64,000 bases of DNA from Candidatus Micrarchaeum sp. (GTDB taxonomy: Archaea; SpSt-1190; DYHY01), in NCBI GenBank assembly GCA_020723935.1, contig DYHY01000002.1, positions 31,465 through 95,464 of the forward strand, in the 5' to 3' direction. This document shows, piece by piece, positions 18,618 to 28,309 of the stretch. Every line of letters starts with the position of its first letter. Position 1 is the stretch's first letter. The translations under genes were made by a program, and so were the position numbers. Below the pieces are notes generated by a model. It saw only the letters and a list, made by a program, of their open reading frames with translations, did no database searches and was not told the DNA's origin.

Positions 18618-19610
18618 TCATTCCTGAATCAGGAAATCTCCGGGCCAGCCGTATTTCGCCTGCCGTCTGTTCGTCGCGGGCGCAACATCCTGTGCGGGCC
18701 CTGGGGAATATGTGACGGGCTTCGGCGCGGCCGGGTCCTGGACGGCCGCGACCTCAACACCTTCTCCCAGCGGGGCCATGCCCAAGTCGACATCCACGTA
18801 TCCGAGGGCGATGGCGTTGGGCGCCTGCCAGTAGGATGCTCTGCACTCGGGCAAAGGGGGTGTTGTCGTCGGAGTGAGGCTGAAGCCGGCAGTGCTGCCG
18901 CCCAAGGCGTCGTTGGCATGCGCGTCAACGGCTTTCCACACGAAGTCTTCAATCCCTCCGGACGCGAGCGAGCCCATTCCCGTTATTGTCCGCCCGTTTG
19001 TCAATATCACGTAAGTTCTGGAAAAGGCCTGATTCTGACTCCTTTCCCGCGCGACTGCGGCGGACAGGAATTGAGCAACATCGTGTATACTCCCGTCGCG
19101 CGCGACATATGAGCCGTTGAGCCCGTAATAGTCGCTAAACGTTATTTCGTCTCCGGCTTTCGGCGGCACCACGAAATTGATATATATGTTGTCGTAATAG
19201 CCAGGACAGTCAGAGACCGGCGTGGATCTCACGGCGTCTATGAACGCTCCGGTGCTAGACACCCACGTCGTTATCGTTGGTTGGCCCGTGCCGAGTCCCT
19301 GATCGGTAAAGGGAACTTCTGCCCCCAGTATGTCCGGCCGGAGCCATATCGCGCCGTCCTGGAACGGGTTGCTCTGCGAGTCGGGCTTCGCGGTCGGTGG
19401 GACGGTTGCGGTCGGAGTGGGAGTCGGAACGTAGAGCGTCGCGGTCGGCAGGACCTGGGTCTGCTCGGCCGTCTCCGTCGGGGTCGGCGCTATCAGGGTC
19501 TGGATGACCTGCGGATCCTGGGGCGGGTCGCATCCGCTGAGCGCAAGGGACACCACGAGGGTGGCCGCGGCGGTCATATAAACCAGCTTTCCTCTCATTC
19601 GTGCTGCCAT
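18618..19610 (-). CDS. Secreted lipoprotein with Thr/Pro-rich linker
   Basis: Signal peptide with lipobox LALSGC, followed by a PTPTPT linker and a globular domain. Transcribed divergently from the giant hydrolase gene. Confidence 0.6.
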   Translation of the reverse strand: MAARMRGKLVYMTAAATLVVSLALSGCDPPQDPQVIQTLIAPTPTETAEQTQVLPTATLYVPTPTPTATVPPTAKPDSQSNPFQDGAIWLRPDILGAEVPFTDQGLGTGQPTITTWVSSTGAFIDAVRSTPVSDCPGYYDNIYINFVVPPKAGDEITFSDYYGLNGSYVARDGSIHDVAQFLSAAVARERSQNQAFSRTYVILTNGRTITGMGSLASGGIEDFVWKAVDAHANDALGGSTAGFSLTPTTTPPLPECRASYWQAPNAIALGYVDVDLGMAPLGEGVEVAAVQDPAAPKPVTYSPGPAQDVAPATNRRQAKYGWPGDFLIQE

Positions 19611-19968
19611 TTTGATTTCGTCACTTCTCCTCTGTCCGTCGCTTGCTATGATGAATGAATTGATGCTATCGTCCCAATGTATGCTTCAATCCGGTTTATT
19701 TATGTTTCGGGAATTTGGTCCGGGAACCGCGGTTTTTCCAGTTTTTCTTCGAAAAAAGGGGGCTTTTCGCGGGACGCCATCCTCCAACGGCGCGCAATAT
19801 TGCACCGGGATTGCGCATTGCCGGCATAAATCGCGCTTTGGGGATGCGAATCCTGCTCCTGCAGGGGCGCCCTCCGAGCGCGGGCTAGCCGCCGTGCCGC
19901 CAAGACGCCCCCCGTTTTCCGCTCCGTCCGGAAAGGCGCCGGAAAACGGGAAGGCCGACCGAAGGGCA

Positions 19969-19980
19969 AATCAATATAAC
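19969..19980 (+). promoter_or_regulatory. TATA-box-like element in the AT-rich region upstream of the giant hydrolase gene
   Basis: aatcaatataac lies about 37 nt upstream of the in-frame TTG at 20017. The surrounding 400 bp is distinctly lower in GC than the flanks. Confidence 0.35.
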
Positions 19981-20016
19981 GGAAAGCGTGCTAGCCTCCC
20001 GGGGACCGCGAGAAAG

Positions 20017-23000
20017 TTGGATTCCGACCGCAAGCCCGGGGATGCCCGGCTGGAGCAGGCCGCGCGCACGAGGCATGCCGCAGCCCGGGCCGGAAGCGCG
20101 GGCCGCAGGGGCGTAGGCCCGGCGGTCATAATCATCGGCGGAATCATCGTCGTCGCGATCGCCATCGCCCTGTTCTTCCTCTGGCTCCAGTCGCTCGCGA
20201 CGATTGACTTGCAGGCGGACATCGAGGCTTCCGAGAACAAGTACGTGACCGCGATACATGTCATGGAGGAGGCGCGCATCTACATAAAGACCGCGACGGA
20301 ATACGCGCTGCAGCTAGCAGTCCTGGACGTCTCTAGGCACGGCGGATACATCGAAAGTCCCAAGACAGGATCCAACGGGCTCCCGTACCTGGGCTGGATA
20401 AACCCCGACTGGACGGCCTTCGCGCCGTGGCTCGGGCGCGACGTCTACAGCGAGCACGGTTTCCCGCTCAGGTGCCCGGAGAGCGACAGCGATTACGCGT
20501 TCGTCATCACCCCGCCGCAGGTGAGCGACCCCAACGCCCGGCCCCTTGTCGACAAAATACTGCGCGAGATAAACTACTCCGTCCCGCCGATGCTTGAGCA
20601 GTACGTGCAGATCCTCGAGAGCAACTCGTCGCAGTACAAGCTCAACATCACAGTCTGGGACCACAACGCCGGGAGCTGGTATTTCAACAAATTCTGCCTG
20701 GACTTGGGCGGCCCGGCCCTCCCGAACGACCCGGCCCTCTGGAGCAACATTGAGAGTTCGGGGGTCGCGTGGGTGAAGGCGGGCTTCGCCTGGGGGGACA
20801 TCCAGTCCGCGCAGGGCGGGGAATACGACTGGACCCGTGTTGACGCGCTCTACACGGAAGCCGAGAAAAGGAACATAGAGGTGATCCCGATATTCGGCTG
20901 GCCGCCGCAATGGGCGAGGACCGAGGCCGGCGTGAACGACGTCTGCATCGGCGGCGGGGCGGGCGGCTGCAGCAACAGGCCCGACTACGACAAGTACGAC
21001 GACTACGCGGCGTTCATCTCGTCCTTCATGAGCCACGTGAAGGGGCGGGGCTGGCAGATCAACTACGTGATACCTTGGGTCCCGGGGATAAACAAGGCCG
21101 ACAAGTGGTCCGCCGTCGGGATCGACACGGCGGAGTTCGCGCGCTTCTTCAAGATAGTCTCGCTCAAGATCAGGGCGACCGAGCCGTCCGTGAAAGTCAT
21201 ACTCCCGGCGCTCACCGAATACGCGGAAGTGTGCGGCTACGACGGGTACCCCCTCGACCCCAAGCCATGGAGCCTCTTCCAGACCGGAGGGGGGTGCGGC
21301 GCGTACGCGTGCCCGGCCGGGAAGAGCTGCGGCGGGGTGAAGTACATAGCCGGCTGCGCGAGCCCTTACGACACCGAGAGCCAGGCGGAATGCTTCGCGA
21401 TAAACGCGGTCGACTGCACGCGCTCCGAGGCGATCCACACCGCCGGCCCCGACGGCAACCTGACATGCCAGCACTACGACTACTGGCACCCCTACATGTA
21501 CGACCTGTCCGTGCGCCCGCCCGACACCAGGCGCGTCGTCTACACCGCGATGACGCAGTCGGCGTTCCTCAACGACCTCTACATCAACGGAATAAATGAC
21601 TATTTCGACGCGATGGAGGTCTGGGGGAGGGGCGCGAGCACCGACGAGCAGCTCCAGCGCGCGGACCTCTACAAAGGGAAGCTCGAGAGATACAAGGACA
21701 CTGAGAAGAAGATATGGTTCGAGCCCATAGTGAGCGACGTGTCCCTTGAGCCGGCGCCCACCGCCCAGTTCATCGCCGAAATCTATTCCAGGGTCCAGCA
21801 GTCGCCCCAGTACGACTATCTGGGGCCTGTCTGCCTCGGCGGATGGGGCCCGGGCACGATATCGGGCCTCGCCGCGCTCAAGAAGCCAATCTACTTCGCC
21901 CCGTGGGGCGAGACCAACCTCACGACGGTGCACGAGACGCGCGTCTACACGACCCCGCCGTCGGTCGTCTCAAGCAAGCAGTTCACGGGCTTCGGGATGA
22001 CGAAATCCGTCGACAACACGACCGCGGCCCTGGGCTTCTCGATACAGGAGATACTCAACGAGGCGAGGATGATAGCCAAGAACCCGTCGCGCGCGGTGAT
22101 GTCCGGCGGCGTATCGTGCTCCTCCAAGAACGGCTTCTGCCCGGCGGCGTGGTGGAAGCGCGGCGACGCGAAATCCTGTCAGATAGGGAACTACGTCTGC
22201 CCGACGGACGCGGGGGACGGCGAGATAACCTGCAGCGCGAACGAGGTCGTCCCCTACAAAATGACATGCACCGCGGTCGCGGCCCTCTACGAATACACCT
22301 GCGTCGTCGATTCCGACGACTATCCGGGGCCGGGGGTCCCCTACGTCAACGCCAACTCCTGCAATGAGGGCGTGACATGGGTGACCGGGCAGGACGCCGC
22401 CGGCGGGGCGACCCTCGGGAGCAAGGGCGTGTGCGTCGCGCTCAAGGACGCGAAAGACAACGAGATCAAGTGCAGCCAGATAAACAAGGACAGCCACCGC
22501 CTCGGGATAAAGAACCCGTTCATATTCTGCAGGAACGTCGACGACCAGTGCTGCAGCTGGTCCGACACCCCCTACGAGTACGAGAAGGACCTGAGCATCG
22601 CCAAGCAGAGCACCGGATGCTATTGCCAGGCGCTTAACCCCAGGAGCGGCAGCCCCGGGGACCCTGGGGACAGCAGCGTCAACGACGGGCCCGCGGGAAA
22701 ATTCTTCTGCACTGGAGGCATACCCAGCTACAAGTGCGACTCGTGGTTCGGGGCGGACGGATGGGTGGCGAACGACCTGGGCACGGTGGACTTCGGAACG
22801 GACTATCCGGACGCCTACATGTCCGGCTGCAGGAACGAGGGAAGGAACCACGGCGGCGTTCCTTGGGTCGAAATATGCACGAAAAATCCAAAACCCTGCT
22901 ACGACAGCGCATACGATGGGCAGTCCCCGCCGCCGGAGATATCTTTGACAGGCCCGGACTGGGGCGCGTTCCACTCTGAAAGCAAGCCTCCTGAATGCGC

Positions 23001-26000
23001 GGCCGCCGGTGCCGACTGCGAGCTGGGTCCGGAAGAACCGCAAGGTTGTGGCGGAGACTTCTTTTCAGACGGGGCCGGCCACTGCTGCAAGATGGTCGGC
23101 ACTCCTCCACAGCCAGATTGCAGCAGGGACGAGCCCACGAAGCGCTTCTGGTGGTGCGAGGCCAAGGACACGGATCCGAGCGCCCAACCGCCCGAAGAGA
23201 AGCACGTCCCGTGCGGCGACGAGGGGTCCGGCGTCCCGGGGCTTTGCACGCGCCAGAGGCCCGGAGACAAGAAGATCTACAATCCCCTGCCCTGCCCCGG
23301 GCCCAACGGATGCTTCGGAGCGCTCCGGGGCGCGCCCTACCAAATACCCAACTACAAGGAAGGCTGGAAGGGCGACGCGCCGGCGAGCGAGATAGACGGC
23401 GGCCGGGTGTGGGGCAACGTCCCCGAGGAAGGGGAGAGCGTCGCATTCCACCTGCAGAGCGCAGCGGGGGGGAGCCTTAACAAGTGCGCGGATTCCGTAG
23501 AGGATCCCGCGTACCCGTATCCGGACAACGCCATGGAATGCTGGGACGCGAGGCCCGTCCCGACGCTCAACAAGATCCATGACCCGGAGCAGAAGCGAAA
23601 CGATGTGCGCCTCTCGCGCCTCGACTGCGAGGTGACGGTGACCAACGCCCGCTGGGCCCTCCTCTCGCTCACGCAGGGCGAGCTCACATCGGCCGACGCG
23701 TTCAAGAGCTTCCCCGACGAGTTCAAGTTCAACCTGGAGCTCCAGTACCGCGACAAGGACTGCCTAAGAGGCATAGCCGCGGAGGGCGACCCGCCGAGGC
23801 CCAAGTCAACGAAGTTCGAGGAGGGGCAGGCATTCGAGCACGACTGCACGTTCTACCGCCTGCCCAACACAGAATGGGCCAAGGACCCGGTGCCGGGCGA
23901 CCCGTGGCCCCCCGACACCGAGCCGATACAGCGCCTTGAGCACAAAAACCTGCCCGTGCCCCCGGGCTACAAGACGCTGGACATACAGGGCGCGAGGAAC
24001 TCAATACCGGGCTGCTGCGGCTACGAGAAGAACAACACCGAGTTCAAGGCGACGATAAACTTCGGCTACGACATAACCCCGCCCGGGCCGGTGAACGGCC
24101 TGAACAACCCGGGGGCGGGGAGCGCCGCGGACCTCACCCCCGTGCCGGCGATCGGGGGCTGCGGCTCGATAAAGCCCTCGTTCACGAGCTCCTCGCAGAT
24201 ACCGAACCTGGCGCTCTTCCAGCAGGTCTCGCAGGAGACAGGGGTCCCTGTCATCTACCTCCTCGCGAGGGGCTGGGACGAGTCGGGCCTCAACCACTTT
24301 TCCACGGACGGGGTCACGGTCAAGGGCTGCACGAGCGGCACGAGCGGATGCCACGGGTACATCGGCATAATGGCGGTCTCCGCATCGATCCCGGGCGTGA
24401 CCGACATCCTCACCAACATCCGCGAGGGGGCGAGGAAGCTGAAGGCGGACATCGACAGGGTCGGGAGCTTCCAGGGCGCGGTCATGATGTATTCGGGCGG
24501 CCCGACGGGGGGCTGCCAGCACATAACGACGCTCCTGGGCGGGACGGTCGGGGGCTTCTACGAATACGACCTCTCCAAATGCAAGAAGCCACCCGCAGAC
24601 TGGGTCCCGCAGCTGTCCACGATAACGAGCAGGACATTCAGGGACCCCAAGGTCCTGATCTACAACCAAGGGAGCCCGTCCCTGGACGATCGGCAGATAT
24701 CGCTCTACGGCTATTCGATCGAATGGCAGAACGCCTGCGCGCTCTTCAGGGATTACGAGGCGGTGCAGGTGATAGCCCCTCTATTGGGCGGAGGCAGCTC
24801 TGCGACGACAACCACGACTGCCGGGCCCAGCCCTCCGGCGGGGGGCTTTGAGCTCGGCGGCCAGGTGGCGGGCGGCCTCTCCGACAACGCCCTCGCCAAG
24901 ATGAAGTGCTCAGGCATGACGTGGGTGAAACAGCAGATAAGGTGGGTCCCCGGCGCGAACCCCCAGGATCCGAAGGGCCTGATAGACGACATCCACGGCA
25001 AGGGGCTGAAAGTCCTCCTCAGCATAACGGGCGACAACGGGAATCCGGCCGCCTTCCCCACGCCCGCGCAGTTCGACAGCTACGCCTCCTACGTGGCGGG
25101 GGTCGCGACGCTCGGGCCCGACGCGATAGAGGTCTGGAACGAGCCGAACCTTGACAGGGAGTGGCCCAACGGCCAAGTGAACGGTGGGAATTACGTCAAT
25201 CTCCTCAAGAAAGCGTACCCGGCGATCAAAGCCGCGAACCCGCAGGTCCTGGTGATTTCGGCGGCGCTCGCGGAGACCGGGGCCGCCGGGAGCGCCGGAT
25301 GCACGGCGGCCTACTGCAACTACGACACGTTCCTCGGGCAGATGGCTTCGGCCGGGGCGGACGCCTACCTCGACTGCGTCGGAGCCCACTACAACAGCGG
25401 CGTCGTCAGGCCTACGTCCTCGAGCGGCGACCCGCGCGCGCAGGATCCCAAGTACAGCTACTTCTCTTCCGTCAAGGACACTTACAAGGCGGCGTTCCCC
25501 GGCAAGCCCGTGTGCTTCACGGAAATAGGCTACTTCTCCAGCGACGGGTTCTCGGGGGCGCCGGCGGGGATCAACTTCGACCACAACCTCGCAGACCACG
25601 CGGCATTCGACGGCGAGATACCGACGGCCTCCAAGCAGGATTCGTTGGTGAAGCTCGCCATAATATGGAACGTGGACTTCACGTTCTACGACCCGGCGGG
25701 CGACCCGCAGGCGGGCTGGGCGATAATACGCCCCGACGGGAGCTGCCCCGCGTGCGCGGCGATGGGCGCGGCGATGGGGGCGCCCGGCGCATCCAGCTGC
25801 GCCTCCGCCGGCGGCGGGATCAACGGGGACGAGGAATGCGCGAACGGCAGCCCCTATCCCGGCGAGGGGGGGATGGGCGGGGGAGGCGGCGGGGGCGGAG
25901 GGCCCTACCCGCCCGGAGGGATCGGGGCGGGAGACTACTGCAACCCAGTCCCCACTTCGACGAGCTTCGGCAACCTGTTCTGCGCGTGGAACGGGCACAA

Positions 26001-26475
26001 CGGCCTGGACTTCATGGCCAACGAAGGCGACCCCCTCTACGCGATACAAGAGGGCACAGTCATCTTCGCGAGGGACAGCTTCAACGAGAACTGCGGGGAC
26101 GCGAGCCTTCCGCCCGGATACGTGCGCTGCGGCCTCTGCGAGACGAGGTGCTACAGCTGCAGCAGGAACGCCCTCGTCATACAGCACCCGGACGGCAGGT
26201 ACAGCACCTACCTCCACCTCAAGCCGGGGAGCATCCTTGTGAGGAGCGGGCACGTGAACAGGGGCCAGCAAATAGCCCAGATAGGGGACGAGGGCTGCTC
26301 CAGCAGCCCCCACCTGCACCTCGAGATGGCGACCCTCGGCTCGCTAGGCGGGCAGGACAGGGGCTGTAACTCGGGGACCGACTGCTGTAAGGCTTCCTCG
26401 TACTACGGCCCGCTGTTCAGCGCCAAGACGATAGACCCCGGACCGTACACGCAGAGACTATGCACGGCGCCCTAG
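20017..26475 (+). CDS. Giant membrane-anchored multidomain cell-wall hydrolase. Domains: GH TIM-barrel-like, Cys-rich modules, SLT-like lysozyme, GH5, M23 peptidase.
   Basis: The track ORF runs 19612..26475 (2287 aa), but its first ~160 codons look like GC-frame noise. The TM helix (VGPAVIIIGGIIVVAIAIALFFLWL, about nt 20101–20180) is preceded by the in-frame TTG at 20017. GH5 motifs are IEVWNEPN (about nt 25129) and CFTEIGY (about nt 25519). SLT-like motifs are ARGWDESGLN and GYIGIMAV (about nt 24250–24390). M23 motifs are HNGLDF and PHLHLE (about nt 25990–26320). The start codon is uncertain. Confidence 0.8.
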   Translation: MDSDRKPGDARLEQAARTRHAAARAGSAGRRGVGPAVIIIGGIIVVAIAIALFFLWLQSLATIDLQADIEASENKYVTAIHVMEEARIYIKTATEYALQLAVLDVSRHGGYIESPKTGSNGLPYLGWINPDWTAFAPWLGRDVYSEHGFPLRCPESDSDYAFVITPPQVSDPNARPLVDKILREINYSVPPMLEQYVQILESNSSQYKLNITVWDHNAGSWYFNKFCLDLGGPALPNDPALWSNIESSGVAWVKAGFAWGDIQSAQGGEYDWTRVDALYTEAEKRNIEVIPIFGWPPQWARTEAGVNDVCIGGGAGGCSNRPDYDKYDDYAAFISSFMSHVKGRGWQINYVIPWVPGINKADKWSAVGIDTAEFARFFKIVSLKIRATEPSVKVILPALTEYAEVCGYDGYPLDPKPWSLFQTGGGCGAYACPAGKSCGGVKYIAGCASPYDTESQAECFAINAVDCTRSEAIHTAGPDGNLTCQHYDYWHPYMYDLSVRPPDTRRVVYTAMTQSAFLNDLYINGINDYFDAMEVWGRGASTDEQLQRADLYKGKLERYKDTEKKIWFEPIVSDVSLEPAPTAQFIAEIYSRVQQSPQYDYLGPVCLGGWGPGTISGLAALKKPIYFAPWGETNLTTVHETRVYTTPPSVVSSKQFTGFGMTKSVDNTTAALGFSIQEILNEARMIAKNPSRAVMSGGVSCSSKNGFCPAAWWKRGDAKSCQIGNYVCPTDAGDGEITCSANEVVPYKMTCTAVAALYEYTCVVDSDDYPGPGVPYVNANSCNEGVTWVTGQDAAGGATLGSKGVCVALKDAKDNEIKCSQINKDSHRLGIKNPFIFCRNVDDQCCSWSDTPYEYEKDLSIAKQSTGCYCQALNPRSGSPGDPGDSSVNDGPAGKFFCTGGIPSYKCDSWFGADGWVANDLGTVDFGTDYPDAYMSGCRNEGRNHGGVPWVEICTKNPKPCYDSAYDGQSPPPEISLTGPDWGAFHSESKPPECAAAGADCELGPEEPQGCGGDFFSDGAGHCCKMVGTPPQPDCSRDEPTKRFWWCEAKDTDPSAQPPEEKHVPCGDEGSGVPGLCTRQRPGDKKIYNPLPCPGPNGCFGALRGAPYQIPNYKEGWKGDAPASEIDGGRVWGNVPEEGESVAFHLQSAAGGSLNKCADSVEDPAYPYPDNAMECWDARPVPTLNKIHDPEQKRNDVRLSRLDCEVTVTNARWALLSLTQGELTSADAFKSFPDEFKFNLELQYRDKDCLRGIAAEGDPPRPKSTKFEEGQAFEHDCTFYRLPNTEWAKDPVPGDPWPPDTEPIQRLEHKNLPVPPGYKTLDIQGARNSIPGCCGYEKNNTEFKATINFGYDITPPGPVNGLNNPGAGSAADLTPVPAIGGCGSIKPSFTSSSQIPNLALFQQVSQETGVPVIYLLARGWDESGLNHFSTDGVTVKGCTSGTSGCHGYIGIMAVSASIPGVTDILTNIREGARKLKADIDRVGSFQGAVMMYSGGPTGGCQHITTLLGGTVGGFYEYDLSKCKKPPADWVPQLSTITSRTFRDPKVLIYNQGSPSLDDRQISLYGYSIEWQNACALFRDYEAVQVIAPLLGGGSSATTTTTAGPSPPAGGFELGGQVAGGLSDNALAKMKCSGMTWVKQQIRWVPGANPQDPKGLIDDIHGKGLKVLLSITGDNGNPAAFPTPAQFDSYASYVAGVATLGPDAIEVWNEPNLDREWPNGQVNGGNYVNLLKKAYPAIKAANPQVLVISAALAETGAAGSAGCTAAYCNYDTFLGQMASAGADAYLDCVGAHYNSGVVRPTSSSGDPRAQDPKYSYFSSVKDTYKAAFPGKPVCFTEIGYFSSDGFSGAPAGINFDHNLADHAAFDGEIPTASKQDSLVKLAIIWNVDFTFYDPAGDPQAGWAIIRPDGSCPACAAMGAAMGAPGASSCASAGGGINGDEECANGSPYPGEGGMGGGGGGGGGPYPPGGIGAGDYCNPVPTSTSFGNLFCAWNGHNGLDFMANEGDPLYAIQEGTVIFARDSFNENCGDASLPPGYVRCGLCETRCYSCSRNALVIQHPDGRYSTYLHLKPGSILVRSGHVNRGQQIAQIGDEGCSSSPHLHLEMATLGSLGGQDRGCNSGTDCCKASSYYGPLFSAKTIDPGPYTQRLCTAP

Positions 26476-26504
26476 GCGGGCGGCAATCTGGAGAAGAGGC
26501 TTAT

Positions 26505-27149
26505 ATGAACGAATGGCGCAACACGGGATACGGGGGAAGGTCGCTCCTGCTTGCCGCGGCGGCCCTGCTCCTGATCGCCGTCCTCGCAGCCCCGGCGGCG
26601 GCCCTCCCTGAGTACTGGCGAGCCGAGCCGCCGGCCAACGGGAGCATCACGCTCAAGCTCGTCTACGTCGTCGTAGCCGCGAACTCAACGCCCGCCGGGA
26701 GGATAAAGCAAGTGGATGTGAGGAACGTGACGATGCCCTTCTCGCTCAACCTCGGAACGTCGGAAGGCGGCGGCGGCCCGTTCGTCCTGCGGGAGGTCTG
26801 GGGGGACGGCTATTCCGCCGAGGCGCGGTTCGGGATAGACGAAAAAAATCCGGCGACGCAGGATGTCTGGCTGATCTTCAACCCGCCCGAGAGCACCGAC
26901 GGCAAGACGCTCACGCTGGTCCTCGAGAACTCGGGGGCGGAACTGGACAGGATGGCGGTGCCCTACTGCGGGGACGGGACGTGCATGAAGGGCGAGAGCG
27001 TCGTCTCGTGCGTGCCGGACTGCGGCAGGTTCCTGCGCCTCTCCCGCCAGCAGGCGTCCAAGGCGGTCCAGTTCCTCGCCGGCGGGATCCTCCTCGCGCT
27101 CCTCGCCCTTTCAGTGTTCTTCGTCGCGAAGCGGATGGACGAGCCGTAG
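26505..27149 (+). CDS. Secreted protein with C-terminal TM anchor
   Basis: Internal ATG of ORF 26460. Signal peptide LLLAAAALLLIAVLAAPAAA. C-terminal helix ILLALLALSVFFVAKR. Immediately follows the giant hydrolase. Confidence 0.55.
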   Translation: MNEWRNTGYGGRSLLLAAAALLLIAVLAAPAAALPEYWRAEPPANGSITLKLVYVVVAANSTPAGRIKQVDVRNVTMPFSLNLGTSEGGGGPFVLREVWGDGYSAEARFGIDEKNPATQDVWLIFNPPESTDGKTLTLVLENSGAELDRMAVPYCGDGTCMKGESVVSCVPDCGRFLRLSRQQASKAVQFLAGGILLALLALSVFFVAKRMDEP

Positions 27150-27205
27150 GCGGGGGCCGGGCTTCGGCCCGGACGAAGGAAGAAAATGAGGGAAATAAAA
27201 TCCCC

Positions 27206-28234
27206 TTACGTCGACTTGCCCTCTTCCGGAGCCTTGGACTTGGCTTCCCCGCCGCTCTCGTCCTGGATGTCGGGCTCTTCCTGGCCCTCGTTCGTCATCC
27301 CGCCCGCGGCGGCCCGAAGGCCCATCGGGTAGAGTGCGGCGGCCGCCGCCTTGAGGGCGCTAGGGTCCTTGCTGTTGGAGAAGGCGTTCGCGAGGTTCGT
27401 GAACTCGGCTGGGAAGAAGATCTTCGTCGACCTGCCTTCCGCGACCTTCGGCAGGCCCTCCTTGATGTAGAGGTAGTTGAGGGCGTTCTGGTCCAGCTTC
27501 TTTGCGGCGTCGCCGAGAGCTTCTATCACGGCCTTCTGCGCGCGCGCTTGGTACTGCGCCGCCGCCCACTCCTCCTTAGCCTGCCTCCTCGCGTGCATCG
27601 CGAACTGGATGCTCTCGGGGATCGTCACGTTCGTTATCTGGACGTCTATCACGTTCATGCCCCATTCGGAGACGAGGGGCTCCATCTTGACCTTGACCAT
27701 GTCGTTGACCTTCTCCAGCTCCCCGAAGAGCTCGTTGAGCGTGAGGTCGCTTGCGATGTCGCGCAGGGACCCGTAGACGAAGCCCGTCGCCGTCTTCTCG
27801 AACTCCTTGACCTTGAGGATCGCCTTCTTGGGGTCCAGTATCTGGTAGTAGACGATTGTGTCTATTGAGGTGCGTATCTCGTCGGTCGTGAGGACCTCCT
27901 GCGGGGGGAGGTCTATGGACTGTACGCGCATGTCTAGGACCTCCATCGACTCCAGGAACGGGAGGAGGATCACCCAGCCGGGGCCCGCCACGCGGTGGAA
28001 ATGGCCCATACGGAAGACGACCGCACGCTTGTATTCGGGCACCTCGGTCACGAAGCCCGCGTTGAAGGCTAGCTGGAAGATGAAGTAGACAAGTATCAGG
28101 GCGAGGGCGACGTAGGCCGCGAGGCGTATCTGCGGGTAGAAGTAGGCGGAGATTACGACCATCACGAGCACGAGCACCGTGAGCTCTACCTTCTCGCTCA
28201 CGAACTCGCGGACAACCTTGTATTTTTCTCCCAT
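27206..28234 (-). CDS. SPFH/band-7 (stomatin/prohibitin-like) membrane protein
   Basis: N-terminal TM helices followed by a conserved SPFH core (RAVVFRMGHFHRVAGPGWVILLPF ... ILDPKKAI) and an Ala/Gln-rich coiled tail. Confidence 0.8.
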   Translation of the reverse strand: MGEKYKVVREFVSEKVELTVLVLVMVVISAYFYPQIRLAAYVALALILVYFIFQLAFNAGFVTEVPEYKRAVVFRMGHFHRVAGPGWVILLPFLESMEVLDMRVQSIDLPPQEVLTTDEIRTSIDTIVYYQILDPKKAILKVKEFEKTATGFVYGSLRDIASDLTLNELFGELEKVNDMVKVKMEPLVSEWGMNVIDVQITNVTIPESIQFAMHARRQAKEEWAAAQYQARAQKAVIEALGDAAKKLDQNALNYLYIKEGLPKVAEGRSTKIFFPAEFTNLANAFSNSKDPSALKAAAAALYPMGLRAAAGGMTNEGQEEPDIQDESGGEAKSKAPEEGKST

Positions 28235-28309
28235 TTTGAGCGTTCCTTCCTCCTTTTTCCCTTTCCCTTTTTGAGCTTTTACCCTCTTTGTTTGCCGGCG
28301 GAGCCCCCT

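Noticed and set aside
20314-21933. Long antisense ORFs across the giant hydrolase gene (20314..21933, 21970..23043, 24910..26319, minus strand)
   Set aside because: GC-frame artefacts with R/A/G/P-rich composition. The plus-strand frame has recognisable GH5, SLT and M23 motifs.
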